Source: Eledone cirrhosa | Taxonomy: Eukaryota | Direction of reading: 5' to 3' | Assembly: GCA_964016885.1 (NCBI GenBank) | Contig: OZ024742.1 | Span: forward strand, 86,180,001 to 86,244,000 | DNA length: 64,000 bases | Part shown: positions 54,601 to 64,000 of the stretch, piece by piece | Position numbering within the stretch: the stretch's first letter is position 1 | Layout: every line of letters starts with the position of its first letter | Program-made: the position numbers and the translations under genes | Notes under the pieces: model-generated | What the model was told of the DNA's origin: nothing | Seen by the model: the letters and a program-made list of their open reading frames with translations, nothing else | Databases searched by the model: none

Positions 54601-56010
54601 TTACTCATCCATCACTCCTAGTCTACTTAATAAAGCACTAACATATGCATTTAAACATACAGACGTAGCTAGTAATGAAATGCACATTATCTTAACGGCA
54701 CGGAAAACATTAATAGAATTTAACAACCAACTCTGGACTAGAGCAGATAGAAGTAATAATTTCGATATCACTATGGGATCATCCGATTCCGCTCAGGTAA
54801 CGGATCTTGTGGGCTTCTTTATAAATAATTCTCTACATAGAAAAATACCTGAATGACCGGAGGTTTATACCGGGACGACATGCTTTTACTTATCGAAAAT
54901 AATAACTGTGAATTAAATAGGAAAAGTAAAGAAATTATACAATTTTTTAATTACCTTAATCTAAAAGTAGAAATAGAGAATAACCATAAAATAGTTAATT
55001 TTCTAGATGTAACATTAAACCTTAACGCATGTCTTCATTATCCATTTCACAAACTAAACGAGAACTTAAACTACGTTAATTTTAACTCTAATCACCCCAG
55101 ATCCGTTAAAAATACTATAGTGAATTCTGTACAGCAACGCATTTCTAGAATTTCAGCTAATATGAATATATTTGATGATAAAGCACATTATTACAACAAA
55201 GCGTTAGGTAGAGCTGGATATAGAAATAAAATTAAATACATTGATAATAATAATATAACAACTAAGCATAATCTTAACAATGTTAACAACTATAATAGAA
55301 AATCTTACAATAATTCGGAAAACAAAAAAAGAAATAGAACTATGAATATATTATGGTTCGCTCCTCCTTTTTCATTAAATATTAAAATTCCTATTGCTAA
55401 ACTATTCTTTAAAGCTCTTGGCAAATGCTTCCCTAGAACACATAGATATTACTTAATTCTTAATAGACATAATATACAATTAACTTATTCATCCACCAAA
55501 AATTTAGCGCAGAATATTAATAGAATTAAAATAGAAATTTAAAACCTAACCAAAATACCACTAGTAACCCCAGCAATATCCAATTTGATAAATGTAACTG
55601 TAGAAATAAATGTAACTGTTCGTTAAATAACAAATGCTTAGCTACAAATATAGTATATAATTGTAATGTAAAAACTAATTTAAATTCATTTAATTATCTA
55701 CTTCCGCAGTTTTAAATCTCGTTTTAATAACCATAAAAGGTCTTTTACGCATTTAAACAAAAATCTTCAACTACTCTATCTAGCTTATTATGGGACCTCA
55801 AATTAAAGAACGTTAAATATTCGTTACTTTGGAATATTATTTCATAAGCCACTCCTTTAAACTCCTCTTCAGAAATGTGTGATCTTTGTATACAGGAAAT
55901 ATTATTTATATTAAAAAGCAAACATTCCCTGAACGTAAAAAGCAATCTCTTCAGTTGCTGCAGACATAGATTGAACTCAACGTTTAAATATAAATTTAAA
56001 ATGTAATATA
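54597..56010 (+). mobile_element. 5'-truncated Naiad PLE beginning at a (TA)n tract
   Basis: [62 protein letters not shown]...CCRH. Confidence 0.9.
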
Positions 56011-56823
56011 TAATTAATTCTATTAATATATTGAACCTATCGATAAATCATTAGATTCCTTCATTTGACTGCGTAAACTCTCAAATATAAAAAAAAATAA
56101 TCCTAGAAAATTTTTCTAAATAAACATACTGAAAGCTCTTAAAAGGGGAAAATATTTTCTCCTATTTTTGAAAGTGTCTCTTTTGAAAGTTTCTCTTTCT
56201 TTTTCTTTGAAAATTTCCCATATGGTTATATAAATTAAGTTAAACATACTGAGAGTTAAATATTACATAAAAAAATTTAAATTTTTATAGTGAATTTTTT
56301 TAGACATATTCTTATTTTAAAATTATATCTTAAAATATTCTGTAATATTATTTTAAATTATATTGCTTTAAAGTTATATTGCTTATAATTGTAAGAATAT
56401 ATTTCGAAATGATAATATAATTCATTTTTATTTTATTTTTTATTTTAATTTATTTTATTTTATATATTATGTACTTCAATTATAATATGTACTGCATATT
56501 TATCTCTCTCTATATATATATATAAATATAAGCAAGATCGAACGGAGCACACCCTGCGACCATTAGATGTTTGATCAGCAGGCCCATCTCCCAGAGAGTG
56601 CACACAGCTGATAGTGAATCCCAGTTGATTCGTGAACTCGGAACTTTTCAACAAGACCAACTATGCAGATGATTGCTTGCGCACAATGGATATCGCACCT
56701 ACAAGGTCACCTATATTGTTCATCTTGCTGTATGTGTGTAAAGTATCCATGTGTGGGATATCCTGAGTAAATTTGCTTGACTGTTAATTGTTTATTAATT
56801 GTTTGTTAATTAGGCAGGAATAT

Positions 56824-57000
56824 ATTGGCAGTATCGGTAGAGGGTCGGACGCCATTCTTTCAAGCATAGTTACGTCCCTTTACGATCTGAGTTCAAATCC
56901 CGCCGAGGTTGACTTTGCCTTTCATCCTTACGGGGTCGATAAAATAAAGTACCAGTAATGCACTGGGTAATTGCTGGCCTTGTGCCTAAAGTAGAAACAA
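56824..57000 (+). mobile_element. Nin-like SINE copy
   Basis: Near-consensus copy. Confidence 0.9.
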
Positions 57001-58157
57001 ATATATTATTATATATTTATTAATCCTATATTAATAATTTGTTCATAATACATTATTAGATTACTTAAGCTATTTAATACCTTCTTAAAAATACATTTTA
57101 TAATTATTGTCTTTTTGCTTATATATTTTCTTACTTATCATTTTCTTTAATCTTCGAGCCCAACTTGATAAGCTCTTTGAATTGCTCCTTAATTGCTACT
57201 TAAATTACTTTATTTATTATACCTAAGTTGTATCTGTTGAAGCAACCCTTTGGAAATTCCTCGGATCTCCCAAATTCCGTAATTTTTAATTTGTAATTTT
57301 CCTCAATTCATTTATATATATTTTTAAAGGTTCTCTAAATTTGTAATTCTTTGAAGGGTCTTTCGGAAAAGGTTTTTATTGAAAATATTAAAAAGGCCTT
57401 TTCTGAGTGATTTTTTAAGGCTTTTTGAATTAACCTTTAATTGATTAATTTATTTCAACTATTTATTTCTTAATTTTTAAATTTAATGTTCAACCTCTTA
57501 ATCTCTAAATGTTAATCTTGGATATATAAGATTTCTTAATCTTAAATTCATTAAATTTTTAAATTTCTGGGTTTGGAACTCTTAAACTTCAAATCCTAAC
57601 TTAAATCTTAATCTTTATATTATGGATTCCCTAAATCATTAACTTTATTAACCTCTTAAATCTTTTTGAAAGTATTTTTTTCCCCTAATTTTTAATTTTT
57701 AAATTTAGAACTTTCTTAAATCTTCGTAAATTTTCTTAAATTTTTTTAAGGGAATTTTAGAAAAATTCATTTGAAGGAATTTTTAGGAAAATTTTTATTT
57801 TTTTATTCTCTTAATCGCTTCTGGTTTTTTAGGTTTATTGGGGCTTATAAGCTTTATGCGCTTATTGAGGTGTTTTTTAAGGTGCTTTTAGGGGATCCAA
57901 AGTCTTTTACTTTTAATGCGTAACTTATAAATTCTTTAATTTTTAACCTTCAATCCCTAACTTTTAGGCCTTTTTCAAATTCTCTTAATTCCCACTAACC
58001 CATCCCTTTTACAACTCCTACAACTATTATAAAAGAGCCCCCTTAGAATATAGACCCCAGATAAACAAGCTGAGCTGTTGATGTGTACCACAATTTCAAA
58101 CTGCTAATCTTGAGTGAAACGTTGATGAAAATAATGAACTTACAATTACCTGTTATA

Positions 58158-58204
58158 TGCCTTGAAAAGTCCCACCATATGGTCGGACGAAACGGCTGTC
58201 GGCA
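58158..58204 (+). ncRNA. Hammerhead ribozyme, U3-A8 core variant
   Basis: tgcc-TTGAAAA-gtcc-caccatatggtc-ggac-GAAAC-ggct-GTC-ggca, immediately overlapped by AATAAA. Confidence 0.85.
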
Positions 58205-59397
58205 ATAAACTTGTTATCATGTCATAAAAGTTCCTTTGTTCTTTTTCCTTAATATGTATATATATATATATATATATATTTATGACGCATATCTACCTGT
58301 ATGTGTATGTATGGCTATGTGTATCTATGTGGGGGTTGTATATATATATATGTATACAATTCGAATGCACTCGGTTATAAGGGTTTTCTTAAGGTTCGTG
58401 ATAAACAAACTTATATAATAACAGTCACAACTACGTAACTGGTGGATTTATTAGATATAAAATTTATAAAATGTATTAAATAATATAAGGTTTGTATAAT
58501 AACATAAGGTTTGTATAATCTGAAATTCCCTTTATTATCTTAACATTTATAACATTTAATATAAGTAAATAACTTAATTTCCTTCACGCTGTTTTGCCAT
58601 TAGATAGAAATGATTTTCTCCGGGTTCTTCTCCGATTTCTACGAAAAATCTATAAGTTTAGGAAGATTCCTATATCTTAAAAATAAAAAGTCCTTTATTG
58701 TATGTATGCATATGTATGTATGTGTAGGTATATATATATATTTATGTGTATATTTATGTATGTTTGCGTATGTATATATATGAATATATTCTTTTACTAA
58801 TATATAGATGTTTTAATAATATATAATTTTAATAATAATATATAGATTTTTTAATAATATATAGATCTCAATTCTTAATGTATAGATCGCAATAATTTAA
58901 TGGATAATTTAATTGATAAACTAAACATTTAATCATATTTAAACACTGGTTTGAATTCTCCTGTTATTATTTATTTATGTTCCATTCACGCTTACTTACT
59001 CTTCTTTACTCATTCAATAAATATTTATTTTTTTACTTCATCTTAAAAGTTACGGTAATTCAACAACCTATCACTTAGAGCTTTCTCTTTCTCTTTCTTT
59101 TTCTCTTTCTCTTTTCTCTTTTCTTTTTTCTTCTCTTTCTCTTTCTCTTTTTCTTGTTTTCCTCTTAGAGTTTGCTCTTTTTTCTCTTTTTTCTCTTTTT
59201 TACTCTTTCTTTTCTTTCCCTTTCTCCATACCCCAACGGCTTATTTTAAATCTACTGTGATTTAAAAATATCCGACACTAATTTGCATAATAGTATAAAT
59301 AAATGTATAACCCCACTATCCAGGAGCTTCCAACAGAAATGGTCGCATTCTTTTAAGGGTATGTCAATATTTATTTATAAAACTGATGTATATTATA

Positions 59398-59455
59398 TGT
59401 TATCTGAGGAAAGCACACCATAGTTTAACTTGGTGTCCTTGAAATATGTATAATG
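59398..59455 (+). ncRNA. Degenerate hammerhead motif
   Basis: tgttat-CTGAGGA-aag-c-acacca...tggtgt-c-ctt-GAAA-tatgt-ataatg. The cleavage-site nucleotide appears to be missing. Confidence 0.6.
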
Positions 59456-59587
59456 AAATAAATATGGTTTTATAAATATAGTTTCCATTTGTTAATATAT
59501 CGTATTTTTACTCCAATAATTTGTTGAGTGCTTTATATCAGTTATAAAAATATTTGCTTGTTCTATCCCAACAATTTAAATAGAACT

Positions 59588-59621
<34 letters not shown>

Positions 59622-61129
59622 TGGAAAGAGAGTGAGAGAGAGAGAAGGTAATATGTAGTAAATATAGCACCTTATATTAGCTCGTACGGATTTCATTATG
59701 TAGTAGGATTATATTCCATTTCTCATTTATTGGATTATTCTTGGAACACACATTTTCGGCAGTGCTTTCCATAATATTTTTAATAATCCTGAAATCATTG
59801 GAGAAATAAAGAAAGCTATATGCTAATCTAACACTGGTCATACATGAATCAAAAGAAAAGAAATAAAGAAATATTACCGTAGTAAATATGATAGAAAAAT
59901 GAATCTCTTGAAGGTTTCTCTGAATGTGATGTGTGATAGCATGGTCAATGAACCATAATTATATTCAAATTATTTTCTATAATATATATTTAAATCACAA
60001 CTATACAGTAATTAGCATTTCCCATTGATCTTCTCATCATTATTCATTCACCAAATTACAAATCCAGACAACGTTAGGCTATTTATTATATGGAAATCAC
60101 TTGCCTAACTTCCCTGCAATATTAATATGCCCCATCGAATATCTCACGGAAATATTTTTGATCAAAGAGAGGAGAGTTTCCCTTTATTTGCCAAACATAT
60201 ATTACCTCCCTAATCTTTTTCTATAATATTTATATTCTAGATAAAATGATTAATGTACTAATTTGCTCATCTGTCGACCTCCTATTAACAATTATTTATG
60301 CTTTAGAGCGGAATCTAAATCAATATTACATAAAAATTAAAAATAATTTGTGGCGGATAATGATTAGAATATCTATTGTTGTCCTCGTTCTTTCAGTATT
60401 GTATCGCATATATTTACCTCTCACAAGAGTTTAATCAAAGAGAACAAAAGTCAAATACCACAGAAAGCATACTGACCTTATATCTCTCATTTCATATATT
60501 CTCGTAGGCCATTTTTGCACTCCAGCTATTTGAATTACGTAGCAACGATTCAAAGTGATATATTTCTTAGATTCTGAATAGAACATTTGATAAATTTAAA
60601 CATGTCAGTTAATCTAATGTTAACTAGTGTATTTAATCAACAGTGTATTTAATCAACCGTGTATACATAATCAACAAATGCGTCTCTTTATTATGTATGA
60701 ATGCAAATCCAATAATTGCCTAGTTATTGGAAAACATATAATAGAAAGTTATATCAGATAGCTGAGTCTTTGCTGATTTTTGCAAATAATCATTACATAT
60801 GTGTTGTATTAAGGTCAGCAGTATGCAAAAATATATAGCTAACGGATCGATATCTATCTTCTTTTATAATATTTCTATGGACGCGGTGGCAGAATGTGTC
60901 TGAAGATTATAGTATATGTTTTGTCACCTTGTACATTTATTGTATATGCAAAGCAATATGGAATTACGAAAATACGCCGTTTTGATGAGGACATTGAAAT
61001 AAGCAACTCATATCCATTTGATTTTCTGGCTGCTTTGATCAAAACAATTATTTATTTAAGAATATCGTATTTTCAGTTTGGGAAAACTAAAATAGACTTA
61101 CAGATGAAAACCGAAACACATAAATATAA

Positions 61130-61350
61130 TTCTACAGGAATGCGCCAACGTCAGCATTCGGTAATCAGAAGAAAAGAGGTAGGTGTAAAACACGAACTCG
61201 GTGTCTTCTATTCGATATTTGTGCTAACCCTTAACTATGGTCAAGAATTTTGGTTAATGACCGAAAGAATACAATCGCAAATATAAGTGGCCGAAATGGA
61301 ATTCCTACAAAGGAATTTTCAGTACCATTACTTGATATTGTGCGTAATTT
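61130..61350 (+). mobile_element. RTE-clade (Rex3/Expander-like) LINE fragment
   Basis: YSIFVLTLNYGQEFWLMTERIQSQI*VAEMEFL matches the RTE motif PTLTYGHE.WVMTER.RSRIQAAEM.FL. Confidence 0.75.
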
Positions 61351-61353
61351 GAA

Positions 61354-61400
<47 letters not shown>

Positions 61401-61506
61401 AGAAGAAGAAGAAGAAGAAGAAGAAGAAGAAGAAGAAGAAGAAGAAGAAGAAGAAGAAGAAGAAGAAGAAGAAGAAGAAGAAGAAGAAGAAGAAGAAGAA
61501 GAAGAA
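61351..61506. repeat. (GAA)n microsatellite
   Basis: About 52 units with one interruption. Confidence 0.98.
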
Positions 61507-61861
61507 CTATACTCTATGCCATCACGAATGATAATGTTCAAAATTGTTTATATATTATAAGATGGAAGGTTCATATGTTGATATTTTATGATATATTCAT
61601 TAAGTATAACAACGCTTATAGACAAATAATATTTCCTTATAATTTATTTTGATATATATTACGATGAAATATATTAATATATATATTTATCAGAAAATAT
61701 TCTTTCCGAGAAATCCGTCATCAATATCAAGCATTGCATGTATAAGCAGCTTATCAGGTAATATTATGTGGCGTGTCTTGACAAAGCTTATAATATTATC
61801 ATATTTGGCATATCCATTCCAACGTAAGTATACAAACAGATTTTTGTTGCATACTTCTTCA

Positions 61862-61978
61862 TAATTGTTTCTACTTTTGGCACAAGGCCATCAATTACCC
61901 AGTGCATTACTGGTACTTTATTTTATCGACCCCGTAAGGATGAAAGGCAAAGTTAACCTCGGTGGGATTTGAACTCAC
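61862..61978 (-). mobile_element. Nin-like SINE, 5'-truncated at the B box
   Basis: 3' part of consensus only. Confidence 0.85.
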
Positions 61979-63119
61979 TACATCGCTACTGACAACTGAC
62001 GCTGTATACTTGGTGTGTAAACGGAAGAGCCGAACCCCACTGTCATTGCCTCCATCTCTCTCGTCCTCCCCATCACAATGTATTATGACCAAATGGACAC
62101 CAGCGGCTAGCCAACTCAGCAATTATGGCGGTAAGCAGGGAGGGAGCCCTGAGTCCAAGTACACCAGAAGTCTCCACTGCTAGGGGCACGAACGCAAATC
62201 TGTCGGAGAGCGACCGATGTTTGGCATTAATATTCCAACACTTATGTTCAAGTAATAAAAATCCACCCTTTGGAAGGAAGTTGTGATTAGAAGAAAAATT
62301 GTTAATCTAGATAAAAATACATGGTAAGTAAAATGAGATCAACAACTATAAAACATATATGTTCAATATTCATATGTTATCTGAATGTATAAGCTCCGAA
62401 ACATAGACTGGATTTCGCTCAGATTATTTTTTTCAAAAGTTAATTTATATAAACAACGTCCAAGTGATGTTTATGAATTAGCGTCAATCCTCATACACTC
62501 ATTTTGTTGGTTGAAGTAAGGCTATTTGTATTGACAGTTGCTACCTATAACTAAGATTTTCAACATAAACAACTCATTATACACTCATGAATATCATCGT
62601 TTGCTTTGATTGTAGTTTATACAAATCATTTTCAATTTCCATTGGATGCACGCATATCAGGTCTCCATACATGCTATCAATATCTTTCACGTATTCTTCC
62701 AACATCTCGTGACGTAAGAAATCAAGTATTTCCCAAGGATTTATAGATTCGCACGAAATGTTAATGTAATTGTTTACTTAAGACGTCGGTGTGTAAGTTT
62801 AAACTAAATACGACATTTTCAGAGATATATTGCTAATGCCCTTATCCTAAATCAAGACAGCCCAAATGACATCATCGAGCAATTCTCCAAAACAAGCACA
62901 ATGGTGTTAGATATTATATTTTAAAAAAGCTGGAAACTGATATTATAATTTAAAATGATTCATAAACTTCGTCCAATAAAATTAACCGACAGACAATCTA
63001 ATTGCTAAAACAAAACATTATATATATTGGAAAAATTGTTATAAAAAATGTAATGCTAAAGCCAAATATTTAAAAAGTGCCTGATGTACTTAGAAATTCT
63101 GAGAGAATGAAAACAATAT

Positions 63120-63650
63120 AAGAACACCTAGTCACCAGCAGTGTGATAAACCGGATTATAAGCAGCATTGAAACGCTCAGCGCTCAATTCTTGCAAGAGG
63201 TTGATCATTTTCGTCGCATACATCACTATTACATATGCAACTAGAGTTTGCACATGATGAAACCCGCGATATATACTTATGAGTTCCATATGCATATAAA
63301 CAAAAAAACGTTCATTCATTTCACATTACAACATAATCAAGAAATTGCATTGATTTGAACTTTTTTTAATTCTAGAAACATGTTCTAAAACCAAAGGGAT
63401 AACAAAAGATGAAAATTCAACACCTTTGACCATTTGCACATGACGATGTAATGACTTCTATACGAACTGCCAATACTGGATAAACTTCCTCGTATTTCCC
63501 ATATGACGTCCCAGCATAATTAGGTCGCAAAATGTCAGAAGGAAGAAGCGGGATTTAGGAATGAGTTGAAAAATTGTCCCATTGATTCTTAGGTCAAACA
63601 GATATATAACATATTTTATAGAAAATATCGATACAAATAAAAATTAATTT
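63120..63650 (+). mobile_element. Possible ancient hAT transposase relic
   Basis: VINRIISSIET..QFLQ and LGRKMSEGRSG loosely resemble hAT D.IISSL..RF and LRSTMSQERL motifs. Confidence 0.25.
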
Positions 63651-64000
63651 TTATCACATTAAAAATAACTTAATAAATCAAAGCAGAATATCATATTTTT
63701 GGTAGTTATAAAGATTGACGCTTTTGAAGTAGTTTAAATGCAAAAAATATAGGCGAATGTAAAGTTAGGGAAATGTGGAAAGTAACTCTTCTCTACTCGG
63801 AGACGTAGAACTGCAACTAGTTCATTTGTTCTTCAAAATTACTTTTAAAAGGTACGTTGTTGGTTATACAAAGCATTTCTGACTAAGCAGCAATTCGTCC
63901 CAATATTTTGTTCTTATAGAATAGGTTTCAAATCTGAATAGTGTAAAAATAATCAGTTGGACGCATACACAAACAAAAGCAGGGATTAAAATTTCTTGTT

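Noticed and set aside
58060-58125. CTGTTGA...GAAACGTT hammerhead-like motif
   Set aside because: Core is mutated and stems I and II do not pair
63128-63319. Minus ORF LLQELSAERFNAAYNPVYHTA aligning loosely with the dystrobrevin N-terminus
   Set aside because: It lacks the following CKLR motif and suitable splice sites. The opposite strand fits a transposase relic equally well.

Overview
AT-rich, microsatellite-dense eukaryotic DNA. The SINE families (tRNA head with CORE-like or Nin/Deu-like domain) suggest an octopod cephalopod. I found no convincing intact host gene. The window is mostly decayed retroelements: five Naiad-type and one Neptune-type Penelope-like elements (PLEs), four R4/Dong-type LINE copies at (TAA)n tracts, several Tx1/L1-clade LINE copies, RTE relics and 11 SINEs. 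Most short ORFs in the ORF track are microsatellite or antisense artefacts. The most interesting layer is RNA structure: about 14 hammerhead ribozyme (HHR) or HHR-like motifs read by eye. These include U3-A8 core variants and a recurring ~120-nt form whose stem II is expanded into a two-hairpin junction. One such form lies in a non-coding ~726-bp tandem unit that resembles a retrozyme. Five large foldbacks cluster in the first 21 kb. Element boundaries are approximate, and no ribozyme activity is shown by sequence alone.
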